Shown here: positions 20,543 to 30,004 of the stretch, piece by piece
Layout: every line of letters begins with the position of its first letter
Numbering within the stretch: position 1 is the stretch's first letter
Virus record (IMG/VR): IMGVR_UViG_3300044729_003839
Span: 58,966-122,965 of that record
Length of the DNA: 64,000 nucleotides
Reading direction: 5' to 3' (one strand)
Origin: a virus
The notes under the pieces: generated by a model
The model's input: the letters and a program-made list of their open reading frames with translations, nothing else
What the model was told of the DNA's origin: nothing
Databases searched by the model: none
Position numbers and translations under genes: made by a program

Positions 20543-20552
20543 ATTTTAGCAC
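20543..20552 (-). promoter_or_regulatory. sigma70-type extended -10 (GTGCTAAAAT) for thioredoxin-sigma-DCL operon
   Basis: TG-n-TAAAAT about 30 nt upstream of the thioredoxin ATG; overlaps the terminase stop. Confidence 0.55.
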
Positions 20553-22132
20553 TATAAATACTGAGTTGGCAAGCTCCCTCTTCCGAGTCTTCCCGTAACT
20601 CTTTGACTACCCCCAATATGATTGATTTGGGGGAGTTGAACTCTAGATCCCCCATGGGCAGCCTTGGCCGCCCCCATAATCTCATCCCTATACACCCTTA
20701 AACCCATGACAAAAGCGTCGACAAAATCATCATTCTTTGAGTAAGGAAAAGCGCACAGCTCTGACATTAATTCACCGAGCTTGGGAATTTCTGAATATAT
20801 CGAAACTCGACCGTCTTCCGCCACGGGAGCCACTTCATTCGCCCTCATAATCTTATCTTTGGTTGGGATTACCTCCTTCACCGGAATCTGTAATTCTTTG
20901 CGAAGCATTTGTATCAAAGGAAGTCCACTAGCCCTGCTCTCGATATAAATAGCCCTTACTTTCCAGGTTTTCAACCACAGCGGCATCACCTTTAACAAGT
21001 CAGGAAACTCCATATGTTCTTTATAAACATTAATAAGGTGTAATTTCCTTGTCTTTTTAACAACCCCAAACACGCACACAACCGAGTAATCGTTCATCTC
21101 TTTTTCTTTAAGGGCAGTATCGGCAGTTGCGAATACAAACTCGTATTGTTGACGATTTTTCTCATGCTGCTCGAACCAAGAGTGTTTGAAAATCGAACCG
21201 CTAGCGCCCTTAGGCCTACCTAGATATAGCGTTTCAAAGGTGTTTTTGTCCTGCTTTTCAATAGCTTTTAGTTCTTCTACAGGGAAAAATTCCGGCCAAT
21301 GCGATTCACCTAACTTTCTTCCTATAGGGTCGTTTTCCTCATCAAGGCACAAAGCGGGCACATTTAGCTCTAGCCAACCTTCCGGGTCACTTGATAGCAA
21401 TCTGCCGATAACATCTTCCACGTGGAATCTAGTTCCCATCGACATAACACAGTTATTTGGTAAACCTCTAGTAAGGAACTGAGTCGCAGTCCAGGCAAAA
21501 GTCGATTCAAGTACTTGTAGTGAATTACCGTCTTCAAGTAAATCGTCTAAGATGCCGATACCTGGTAAATCTTCTTCGCTAATTACACCGAATCCAAAGC
21601 CGGTTACGCCGGACCCTGCACTAGCAGACATTATAATTCCCCCTTGACCAGTTCTCATAGTCTTAAGGTTACAGTCTTTTTTATTAATACTGCATTCAGG
21701 AAATATCCATTTAAACGTATCGCTTGTAATATAACTCAATATCGCCCTGGAGTTCTCGTGCGTGAGCTTAAGACCATAAGACGCCATGATGAATTGAGCG
21801 CTGGGGCTACGTCCTAGCTGCCAACTCGGCATTAATTTAGATATAAGCATACTTTTGCCGCTCCTAGGCGGCAATGATATAGTCGTTCGTTTGTAATTTG
21901 GATTGCCATCGCAAATATTCTGAACATAGTCACATATTAACTCGTGTACTTTATACGGGACGAATACGCCGCTGTTTGTGACTTCTCTTGTAATAACTCT
22001 AGCGTAGGTAATAAATTCCGTGCGGCACTTTAGCCGAAGCAGTTCTTTTCTCTCCTCCTGGCTCAAACTCTCAACTTTCAGCATCATCTCTTTGACAAGA
22101 GATTTCTCTTTCGCCAATTGGCTCTTATTCAC
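20552..22132 (-). CDS. terL: Terminase large subunit
   Basis: Walker A ISLPPRSGKS, Walker B GILDDLL, MGTRFH coupling motif, nuclease motifs ATADTA..NDYS and FPYSKNDDFVDA. Confidence 0.93.
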   Translation of the reverse strand: MNKSQLAKEKSLVKEMMLKVESLSQEERKELLRLKCRTEFITYARVITREVTNSGVFVPYKVHELICDYVQNICDGNPNYKRTTISLPPRSGKSMLISKLMPSWQLGRSPSAQFIMASYGLKLTHENSRAILSYITSDTFKWIFPECSINKKDCNLKTMRTGQGGIIMSASAGSGVTGFGFGVISEEDLPGIGILDDLLEDGNSLQVLESTFAWTATQFLTRGLPNNCVMSMGTRFHVEDVIGRLLSSDPEGWLELNVPALCLDEENDPIGRKLGESHWPEFFPVEELKAIEKQDKNTFETLYLGRPKGASGSIFKHSWFEQHEKNRQQYEFVFATADTALKEKEMNDYSVVCVFGVVKKTRKLHLINVYKEHMEFPDLLKVMPLWLKTWKVRAIYIESRASGLPLIQMLRKELQIPVKEVIPTKDKIMRANEVAPVAEDGRVSIYSEIPKLGELMSELCAFPYSKNDDFVDAFVMGLRVYRDEIMGAAKAAHGGSRVQLPQINHIGGSQRVTGRLGRGSLPTQYL

Positions 22133-25100
22133 AGTCGGTTTCTCCGCTCTCCCTCGCTTTCAACTCTTCGTACAGTGAAGTGCGTTCTTGCCCGGGGAAT
22201 ACAAACCCGTCCGGGAAAACGGTCCCAGCAGGCAGCAAAGTACCGGACGGTAGTGCTACACCTGTTGGTAGCGAAGACCCTTCGGGGAATACGGTGCCAT
22301 CCGGAATAACAAACCCTTCGGGCAATGGCAAATCTTGTGTAACAGTGCCGCCACTTGTTGGAGACTCATCACCCGCCCTTTGAATAAACGTATTCTTAAG
22401 AGTGTTGATTTGATTCGGAGACAGCACCTGATCGATAGGCGGCTTGTTTTCTTGCAAATCGTCTACAATCTTCGAATCAAGCGAGATGGACAGGAATCTT
22501 GCCTCGTCAAATAGCGTGCGTTCGTTGGGGAAGACAATTGGCAGCGGCGGATTGTAAAGTCCGAGCTTAACAGGAGTTCCCAAGCCTGGAGTCATCGTCT
22601 CCCATTCAAGATGAGCAGGCCTTATACCGCCCTCCATAATCTTAGTAGTCTCGATCTTGTTCTTTTCGTACAGCCCAGCAAGACCCGGAATATTAGCTAA
22701 CGCCAGTCCGATTAACGGGGTAACGTTAACACCGATCCTCGGGCCGTCTTTAACCAGGTCGAGGGTTTTGACAAACCGGTATATAGACTGCAAGGCCTGG
22801 GAATTCTCCCTAACATCGATTATAAGCTGCTCGAGAATAGCGGTTTCTGGCCCCGGCTTCCAGAATATATTCTGCAGCGTATTATACCCGGAGTCTATAA
22901 GTCGCCTTTCAACCGATTCAATGCGGGTAATATTATTATCCGCCATTTTGAACCCTTTTTCCACGTTTTCAAACGTGTAAGCAAATTCCGCCTCTTTCTC
23001 CGCCTCGTCCGCATAACGAGATTCATAGAACTTCTCCGCCATGTTTACAAGACGCTGCGACCCGTATATCATCTGGGTCAAGTCACTTGTGTTAGGAGGG
23101 ATTAGATTTTTACCAACTAGAGTAGGAGTAAGTCCCAAGTCAAATGCTACGTCTCCGACATTGTTTGGTAAACAAAAACCTGTGGGACAATAGGCATTGG
23201 CATTTACACTCGTCAAAGCACCACACGGATCGAGCAATTTCTGGCCGTCCGTATCGACTCCATGTGCAACTTTGCGACACTTAGGATCGCAAGGACAGTT
23301 ACCGCCCGCCCCACCAAACAACGAGGACAATGCTCCAATCCCAAACAGCGCAGTTGATATTGGGTTGAACCCGCCCCCTACAAGAGCGGCAAGCCCGTTA
23401 AAGCCTATGCCACCCCCCAGGCCGCCAAACAGCGACTGCACTGCGTTGCCAATGCCCAGCGCACCCATGGCTGTGCTAGCGAGAAACGGTAACGATCCCA
23501 AGGAGCCTGGCGCCATCGGCATTCCGGCCAAATTACTGAACTGGTTGAACATTTGCCCCATTGGCCCCAGGGCCCCACCCCCAATCAACGAGGCGGTAGA
23601 GGACAGGATCTGAGGCGTTATTGCGTTCCTGCCGAGCAGCGAGTTAAACGTACCGGAAACAGCGGCGGTCAGCCCTCCCCCGGACGCGGTGTTAAGAATA
23701 TTTCCTAAGGCGGTGGGATACCCCGCGAGCACGTTCCTGGCGATTCCGACAACCGGCTGGACGTACTTGTTCACCTCAGGGGGGAGTTTACTCAGCCCGA
23801 GGATAGTGGCTGTATCAATCGCGCCCCAGACTCCTCCAGACATCAAGCCGGTCATTACCGACGCGGTCTGCGGACTTAACGAAAGCAGCGAATTTCTTAA
23901 GGCGTTTTGGCCGATATTTACCAGGGCTTGGTCAACCGTGCCCCCAACAACCCCGTTAGTTAACACTCTGCCCGCATCACCTATGCCCGTTAATAGTTGT
24001 GCAGTTTCAAACGAAAGTTTTCCATCTCTATCTAGCTCTTGACGCAACGTGTTAGTTAAAGTGTCGACAGGAACCCCGAGTCTGCGGTTCATCGCCTCTC
24101 TCGCAGCGGTAGACAATACCTGCGCGCCGTTAAACGCCTGAGCCGGTAACAGCCCCGCCAGTTGCAATGCGTTCCTAAGGGCCGGATCTGTATTAGTCAA
24201 AGGGATGTTAGAGATTACGGTATCGAAGATTGTTTCAATAATCTCTGGTTCCTTGAGCCAATCGAACCCGCCCTCTTCAAGTGCGGGCACCGGCCCATAC
24301 CCATCCAGAAATTCCACCTTAGTAAGCGGTTTATCCTTTTTGTGAAACTTGTGCGGGAGTCTTTTACCCTCCTTCACCCACCTCATAAGCCCTTGATATC
24401 TCAAACATTTTACAATTTCCGAGTTGTTTCCATCGTCTACAACCGCCTCCATGCCGTGCAATTTCTCTGAGCAAGTAGGCAAAGTGGTTCTGAAGAATAC
24501 AGGAGGAGAGGATTCCGGGATCCAGCCAAACTCGCCGTTCTCATCCCTTCTGCAGACCATGCTTGTCGTTCTGAATCCCCTATCCTCAGAAAAGTCGTGC
24601 TTCTCGCCAAGCAGTGACTCAGTACACTCCGGTATTCCCGGATTTCTCAACTGCGCTTGCTCGATCGGGATTGTGGTTTCGTTCCCCGGGTTAATACCCT
24701 TTTCGATCCAAAGCCCGTTGGTCAGGGATTTCCACGCCCAAGCCGGTTTATTACCAACTTGAGGGCTACTCCGCCTAAGACAGACAACAACATCTTGATT
24801 GATTTCGTTACTCAGTATATACGTGCGCCCCTCGTTCTCTTTGTTACAAGTCATTCCCGGATCAGAAGATCCATTCCAGACCGCCATGCTCTCATCGATT
24901 ATAGGAAGCTGAAACGGCGACCCATTCAACCCCACGTCCTTGTCATTCTTAACAATACCGATGACATACATATTCTCGCTTCGGCCATTTGTCTTACCAA
25001 CCAAGACGTTCGAGCCGATATATCTCGAGCTTAACGTGCCGCTACTCGAACCGGACACAGGGATCCATTTAGAGGTGAATCCGTCGTCCGTAGTGACCTT

Positions 25101-25244
25101 GACCCTGCCAAGCCTTTTGGGATCGTTAACATCAATGATTACCGCTTCTTCGTTAAAGGGGTCGGCAAAAGGCACACCTAACGTTTCGACAATCCTGCTT
25201 TGCGCTCGGGCCATCACCCCGGCATGTTTAAAAAACTCGCTCAT
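22125..25244 (-). CDS. Baseplate spike (gp5/gpV-like OB fold) with long extensions
   Basis: N-terminal AVIIDVNDPKRLGRVKV..SKWIPV is the gp5/VgrG OB-fold signature; lies downstream of the baseplate genes. Confidence 0.75.
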   Translation of the reverse strand: MSEFFKHAGVMARAQSRIVETLGVPFADPFNEEAVIIDVNDPKRLGRVKVTTDDGFTSKWIPVSGSSSGTLSSRYIGSNVLVGKTNGRSENMYVIGIVKNDKDVGLNGSPFQLPIIDESMAVWNGSSDPGMTCNKENEGRTYILSNEINQDVVVCLRRSSPQVGNKPAWAWKSLTNGLWIEKGINPGNETTIPIEQAQLRNPGIPECTESLLGEKHDFSEDRGFRTTSMVCRRDENGEFGWIPESSPPVFFRTTLPTCSEKLHGMEAVVDDGNNSEIVKCLRYQGLMRWVKEGKRLPHKFHKKDKPLTKVEFLDGYGPVPALEEGGFDWLKEPEIIETIFDTVISNIPLTNTDPALRNALQLAGLLPAQAFNGAQVLSTAAREAMNRRLGVPVDTLTNTLRQELDRDGKLSFETAQLLTGIGDAGRVLTNGVVGGTVDQALVNIGQNALRNSLLSLSPQTASVMTGLMSGGVWGAIDTATILGLSKLPPEVNKYVQPVVGIARNVLAGYPTALGNILNTASGGGLTAAVSGTFNSLLGRNAITPQILSSTASLIGGGALGPMGQMFNQFSNLAGMPMAPGSLGSLPFLASTAMGALGIGNAVQSLFGGLGGGIGFNGLAALVGGGFNPISTALFGIGALSSLFGGAGGNCPCDPKCRKVAHGVDTDGQKLLDPCGALTSVNANAYCPTGFCLPNNVGDVAFDLGLTPTLVGKNLIPPNTSDLTQMIYGSQRLVNMAEKFYESRYADEAEKEAEFAYTFENVEKGFKMADNNITRIESVERRLIDSGYNTLQNIFWKPGPETAILEQLIIDVRENSQALQSIYRFVKTLDLVKDGPRIGVNVTPLIGLALANIPGLAGLYEKNKIETTKIMEGGIRPAHLEWETMTPGLGTPVKLGLYNPPLPIVFPNERTLFDEARFLSISLDSKIVDDLQENKPPIDQVLSPNQINTLKNTFIQRAGDESPTSGGTVTQDLPLPEGFVIPDGTVFPEGSSLPTGVALPSGTLLPAGTVFPDGFVFPGQERTSLYEELKARESGETDCE
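22156..22164 (-). promoter_or_regulatory. Putative late promoter box GTTGAAAGC for terL (inside spike 3' end)
   Basis: GCTTTCAAC on +; 23 nt upstream of terL GTG 22132. Confidence 0.7.
22191..22326 (-). repeat. Hexapeptide coding repeat [LIF]-P-x-G-x-x, about 7.5 copies
   Basis: LPEGFV IPDGTV FPEGSS LPTGVA LPSGTL LPAGTV FPDGFV FPG near the spike C-terminus. Confidence 0.85.
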
Positions 25245-27133
25245 GACTCTATTTCAAAAAATACATCCTCAGCCACTAGCAAATCAGCTACAGGGTACCC
25301 GTACTGCAGCTTTTTATCGGCCGTAGCGGTCATCCAGTTATCCATTATACTCCTAGCGGCATCCCAAGTCCTCCCGTCCCTGTTATAATAAAACGGCATT
25401 CTTATAACAATAGTGTTCGACAAGTTAACGTCTCGGCAAACAGCCATGCCTGCAACTAGCTGATTGGCGTACATCCCCACCTCGGCGTCTTGCTCGGTCC
25501 CCACATGAATAACGTCCCAGACAACGGGCAAGTTAACCGGAGCGTTGGATTCTGCCTGCCTAAGCCCGCTTCTTACCCTATACGATCCATCTCCGTCCTG
25601 AACAAACTCCTCACCACTTACCGCCTTTATATTAAAAGCCCAGAACATGAACAATACGGACAGTAAAGAGCCCCTGGCTGGGATAAGTCCTGGCCATTGA
25701 CTAATGTCTATCACCAAGTCAGAGACCACACTCTCCTCAACAAAATCGCTATCACCATTAAAGGTCTTTTTCCTGTATCGAGCAATGGTACTGGTACCTT
25801 GAAGTACTTCGATCTGTGATAAATCCAGTCTTCTTAAACTGTCTTCTTCCGGGTCTAGAGTCCATAAGCCGCCTTCGGGCAAATCATTCTTATGAGCATT
25901 CCTTAAAAGCAAGCGTTTGAACGGGGAATCCCATTCCAAGTTCCACATCTCGCCGATAAAACCCATGTGCTGAGCGATCCAGTCCAGGTTTAGCGGATAG
26001 CAAGTTTCCGGGTCGAGAAAATTATTATAAAACCAGTCTATTCGCGTCTTGGAATCGCTGAGTTCCATATCCGAGCCGGAAGTCAGCCATTTTGCAACAT
26101 CCGAATCACTGTCTTCGTTATTATACGCCCCGGACACACCAGGAAGCCTGTTATACACAGGCCGGGAAATCTGACCGTCTATTGTAATCGCAGGCAGTCG
26201 GAAAGAGCTTAGCGCGAATTGCACTGCTCTTTGATACAACAAGCCCAACACATTATAAGATTCTGCTACAAACTCTCTATTCGTAAGATTTTCTCTGTCA
26301 TCCCAAAGCTCATCTAATCCTGCAGCTATAAATTCAGACCATGCTAATGGCAAAGACTCTGTGACAGAGTTGAATACCCGGTCGTAAGTCTTTCTCTCGA
26401 GTGGCACGGTGGCAAGTATATCGCTGCTGAGTATAAGGCGGACAAATATATCTAACGAATCCTGGAAGGAGGTTGGGGAGAGAAATTTTACTACTCTCCT
26501 TGTAAAACTCTCTTCCGAATACGTACTTGGCGGCAAATATACTGTCGAGTAGACACTAGCCACTTTGTCAACATTTACCGATTCATTTGTTCCTGGGAGT
26601 GGAAACACTCCCCGTGAAACAGACAAAGTCTCTACAACCTCTTCACCGTATAAATAGTAGTATAGGTCGGGAACAGTATACGACTCGTATCTCCATTTGC
26701 CCTGTTCTTCATTGATCAGTTTTCCAATAACGCACTTTCCCACTTCACACTCAGTATTACTTGCACCATCGCTGCAACTCATCCCGGCCATGGCGCAGTT
26801 TTCTAAGCCATTTGGGACGGGTACTCCATGTGCCAAGACTTCTACTTCATCAGACAGGAGAACAGGAATGGTATGAACATGCGAAATACTTCTGTATTTG
26901 TACTCGGACAGAGTCTTCTGGTCATACTCCCTTTGAATTACCTCGTCTCTTGCCCGGTTCCTGCTTTGGCCGTCTTGGGTGAACTCCACTTGGCCGATTA
27001 CATGCTGAAATATTTTACTCCTCGCTCTGTCATTGGCGAACTGGAAGTTCACACGAGCCGGATTAAGGGCAAAAGCCGGAGACTTTCCCCTTTTGCTTGA
27101 TTTACGATCCCAAGAACTATTAGACGATATCAT
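25241..27133 (-). CDS. Baseplate wedge protein (P2 gpI/tail protein I-like domain)
   Basis: YNRLPG..FLDPETCYPLNLDWIAQHMG..W motif; directly after baseplate J. Confidence 0.7.
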   Translation of the reverse strand: MISSNSSWDRKSSKRGKSPAFALNPARVNFQFANDRARSKIFQHVIGQVEFTQDGQSRNRARDEVIQREYDQKTLSEYKYRSISHVHTIPVLLSDEVEVLAHGVPVPNGLENCAMAGMSCSDGASNTECEVGKCVIGKLINEEQGKWRYESYTVPDLYYYLYGEEVVETLSVSRGVFPLPGTNESVNVDKVASVYSTVYLPPSTYSEESFTRRVVKFLSPTSFQDSLDIFVRLILSSDILATVPLERKTYDRVFNSVTESLPLAWSEFIAAGLDELWDDRENLTNREFVAESYNVLGLLYQRAVQFALSSFRLPAITIDGQISRPVYNRLPGVSGAYNNEDSDSDVAKWLTSGSDMELSDSKTRIDWFYNNFLDPETCYPLNLDWIAQHMGFIGEMWNLEWDSPFKRLLLRNAHKNDLPEGGLWTLDPEEDSLRRLDLSQIEVLQGTSTIARYRKKTFNGDSDFVEESVVSDLVIDISQWPGLIPARGSLLSVLFMFWAFNIKAVSGEEFVQDGDGSYRVRSGLRQAESNAPVNLPVVWDVIHVGTEQDAEVGMYANQLVAGMAVCRDVNLSNTIVIRMPFYYNRDGRTWDAARSIMDNWMTATADKKLQYGYPVADLLVAEDVFFEIES

Positions 27134-28421
27134 ATAAATTGTCGTACGTGTAAGTGATGGTAGTCGAGTCGATGACCGAGGTTAAAGAAACGATTGAGCG
27201 ATAGAGTCTAAAGGCCGAAGTGCTGTTCGGGCATATGAGGGACGAGGCAGACACTCTATCAACGAATTGGTTATAAGTGTACGAGCATGTTAGCGTTTCT
27301 TCGTCTTCCGTACCGAGAAATCTACCACAAACTCCATCCGTATTCCCGGTAATCTCCGGATCCAACGCCATTTCTTTAAGGTCGAGAATAGGGATATCTT
27401 GGACGAAGTCCAGGGCTAACACTTGCCGGGAAACATCAGTATAAGAGACGTTGGTCCCTAACCCTAGACTAGACGGAGAGAAAATACCTTTTAATAAATC
27501 GTTTACTTGTGAAGCTAAAGTATCACTAAAAGTTGTAGTAATTCTCGGATTCCAAGATATACTCACCACGACCTCAACTGGTAGAATAGTTGGAGGTGTA
27601 AGAAACAGTTTAACATCGATAGGGGTTCGGTCTCTAAGCGATGTTAACAAGACGGATTGAGTCGCAGTAGTCAAAGGCGAGCCGTCCTCTCCCCCCGCCA
27701 CTATAAAAATCCCACGATTATTCTCTACATCGTCTTGAAACCTCTCCTCATAGGGCAATACCTCGACAATTGATGCTTCAGGTGCTATTGCTCTGACTTC
27801 AGACCTGTAATCTTCTCTCGATGTAAGGTTTCTCCGCCCCAGCAATTCAAAAGCCCGGATCTTCATCTGATCAACGGTTTCAAGATCCGTACCGCCCGAT
27901 GCCGGTTCGAGATTAGTAATGAAATCGAGCCCGAGGAAATTTCGCTCGACGCGGGTAATTTCATCCTGCGCTACGTTATAAACTTCCCCCCAACGCTCGG
28001 ATTGTACCGTGCCAACAGCGCTTTGGTCGACAATTTGCACTTGATCCAACAAGATGTAGGATTGGCCGCTTCTGGCGAACACCCTCGTCCCACCTGGTAT
28101 AGTCACAGGCCTGCTATATCCCGGAACCTTGTAAAAGGTTACTTCAGCCAATGCCCTAGATCCCAGCTTTCTTTGGACACCCAGACTCCTAAGCCATTGC
28201 AACGTAACAGCCTCGGGCAAAGTATTCAAATAGTATAGAAGTTCGGCTTGGGCGAACCCTTGGCCCTCGCTTATCGCGGACAAAGGCGAGGCGGGGGTAA
28301 AATCATTAAGCGTCCCGTCCGACTCGATAAACATTCGAGTCTGTATAGCTCGGACGATGTCTCCTACATTCCTATTATCAAGCTGCAGAGGCAGTATTGG
28401 TGCGAATATCTCTAATGCCAT
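27120..28421 (-). CDS. Baseplate J-like wedge protein
   Basis: LDNRN, NDFTPASP, VTIPGGTRV, G..YNV, ITNLEPASGGTDLET..RNLTSREDY. Confidence 0.9.
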   Translation of the reverse strand: MALEIFAPILPLQLDNRNVGDIVRAIQTRMFIESDGTLNDFTPASPLSAISEGQGFAQAELLYYLNTLPEAVTLQWLRSLGVQRKLGSRALAEVTFYKVPGYSRPVTIPGGTRVFARSGQSYILLDQVQIVDQSAVGTVQSERWGEVYNVAQDEITRVERNFLGLDFITNLEPASGGTDLETVDQMKIRAFELLGRRNLTSREDYRSEVRAIAPEASIVEVLPYEERFQDDVENNRGIFIVAGGEDGSPLTTATQSVLLTSLRDRTPIDVKLFLTPPTILPVEVVVSISWNPRITTTFSDTLASQVNDLLKGIFSPSSLGLGTNVSYTDVSRQVLALDFVQDIPILDLKEMALDPEITGNTDGVCGRFLGTEDEETLTCSYTYNQFVDRVSASSLICPNSTSAFRLYRSIVSLTSVIDSTTITYTYDNLYDIV

Positions 28422-28429
28422 AACTTATA

Positions 28430-29434
28430 TCAAAAGGTTGTAGTACGGGTTCTTTGCGAGAATGGGAGTCCTCTGCCCGGGTCAGAGTTCTCCGTATCCT
28501 TTAACGGGGTGATGAAATCGCCGTTAGAATTAATTTCAGGTTGATAGGTAGTATAACCGTTAATCTCCACCACAAGCTTCGCCACATCAACAGCGTACAT
28601 TTTCTGGTCAGCAGGACTTAATGCTCCGATGCCAGTAAAGTCTCGAATCGTGCCGATAGTCCCCAGGCCAGCCAGAGAGCGAGACACGTTCCTCGCCTCT
28701 TGGACATCACTTAATGAGAGAAGAGAGTCTAATCCCGGCCTGAGCAGCGATTCCAAAGGACTGGTAGTAGCGTAACCGACATACCCTTCTGACAACGATT
28801 TAAGAATTGTGTCGGGAAGGTTCTGAGCCGTAGACCCAGCCCCGGGCAAAGCGATACCGGCGAAATAATCTTCCGGAGTAAGATACCCTGTAGAGAATTC
28901 GACCCCTCTGTAATCAGATGTCAAACCGACCGAGTCGGAAAGCGGCAATAAAGAACCGGCTGGCAATTTGTCCGGCTTGCGTGCAGGCACTACAGATGCG
29001 AGATTAGAGTAAACTTCGAGATCGGGTATGATTTTTTTAAGCCTGTTGACAAGGCCGGGGCCGGAAATCCCGGGCACTTCTAGATAGTCAATAACACTGG
29101 ACAATGACGTCTCATAACTAGACATCTCGCCATATGATGTCAAGACGTTTTTGTGCAAATTACTGGCAACTTTGGCCAGGTTGTTTCCCGGCGTGTTTAC
29201 GTACCTAGAAAACTCGCGATTAGTCTCATACTCTTGTTCAAGAGCAGAAAAGACTTTATCCTCGGTTAACGCTTGCTCGATCAACATGGCCGGGGTCATG
29301 CTGTTTACAATCCCTCCGACAGGCGAGTTCGCAATTACCTGATTCGCTACTTCCGGGTATCTCTCGGGCGACCCGTAGGCGACCGAAGCAAGACCGGTAA
29401 TTGTCGACCAGGAATCCGTGGCGTAAGTAGACAA
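28430..29434 (-). CDS. Baseplate protein with LysM/tail-X-like N-terminus
   Basis: N-terminal STITGLASVAYGSPERYPEV resembles LysM-like baseplate subunits; first gene of the baseplate operon. Confidence 0.5.
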   Translation of the reverse strand: MSTYATDSWSTITGLASVAYGSPERYPEVANQVIANSPVGGIVNSMTPAMLIEQALTEDKVFSALEQEYETNREFSRYVNTPGNNLAKVASNLHKNVLTSYGEMSSYETSLSSVIDYLEVPGISGPGLVNRLKKIIPDLEVYSNLASVVPARKPDKLPAGSLLPLSDSVGLTSDYRGVEFSTGYLTPEDYFAGIALPGAGSTAQNLPDTILKSLSEGYVGYATTSPLESLLRPGLDSLLSLSDVQEARNVSRSLAGLGTIGTIRDFTGIGALSPADQKMYAVDVAKLVVEINGYTTYQPEINSNGDFITPLKDTENSDPGRGLPFSQRTRTTTF

Positions 29435-29454
29435 GAATTTTTACCCTATAACTG

Positions 29455-29474
29455 GCTTTCAACTCGTTGAAGGC
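29455..29474. promoter_or_regulatory. Back-to-back divergent late boxes (GTTGAAAGC on -, GTTGAAGGC on +)
   Basis: GCTTTCAAC-tc-GTTGAAGGC; 20 nt to TTG 29434 (-) and 25 nt to ATG 29500 (+). Confidence 0.75.
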
Positions 29475-29499
29475 AAGGTGTATAGGAATTTATTTTCAA

Positions 29500-29985
29500 A
29501 TGGCAGAAGCGAGTATTCAGAACTTAAGTACGCCTTTGGCGAACGAAGAACCGTTTCTGGGGGACGGGGACGAAGGCGAGATTGTCACAAACACGGCAGA
29601 CGGCAGAGCATGGGTCTTTGACCAGTCTGGATTCCCTGTCGAGTTAGGAGGCGCTTGCGTTAATAAACCGATCGCGGGTAACTTGTTCGCTGGCAACTAC
29701 CTCGAACTTGACATCACCGATCCGGATAATTTACCCATTCCGAACACCGATCCGCTCCAGGTCAGGCCAGGAAATTACCGCGAAATACGGATTCTGGCAA
29801 GATTTGTAGGCGAACCGTTGACGACATTTTCCGCCTACTTCGACTACCCGGTTGACTGGGCAAGTGGAAACTCGTTAGACGATTATGCAGAAACAGGGGC
29901 CGAAGTCCTTATCGAGCTGAGTAGTTTTGGCCCTCGACCCGCTTGGATCGCAAGAGTACTGTGGGCGAAAGTCGTTGAAAGCTGA
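29500..29985 (+). CDS. Putative tail-fibre-associated protein
   Basis: Probable start ATG 29500 (MAEASIQ). EGEIVTNTADGRAW module typical of fibre N-termini; precedes the long fibre. Confidence 0.6.
   Translation: MAEASIQNLSTPLANEEPFLGDGDEGEIVTNTADGRAWVFDQSGFPVELGGACVNKPIAGNLFAGNYLELDITDPDNLPIPNTDPLQVRPGNYREIRILARFVGEPLTTFSAYFDYPVDWASGNSLDDYAETGAEVLIELSSFGPRPAWIARVLWAKVVES
29974..29982 (+). promoter_or_regulatory. Putative late promoter box GTTGAAAGC
   Basis: In the last codons of the upstream gene; 22 nt before GTG 30005. Confidence 0.75.
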
Positions 29986-30004
29986 GTAGTAGTTTAAGCT
30001 TATT

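Noticed and set aside
20553-20560. T4 late promoter consensus TATAAATA
   Set aside because: It points antisense into terL and I did not see it upstream of structural genes.
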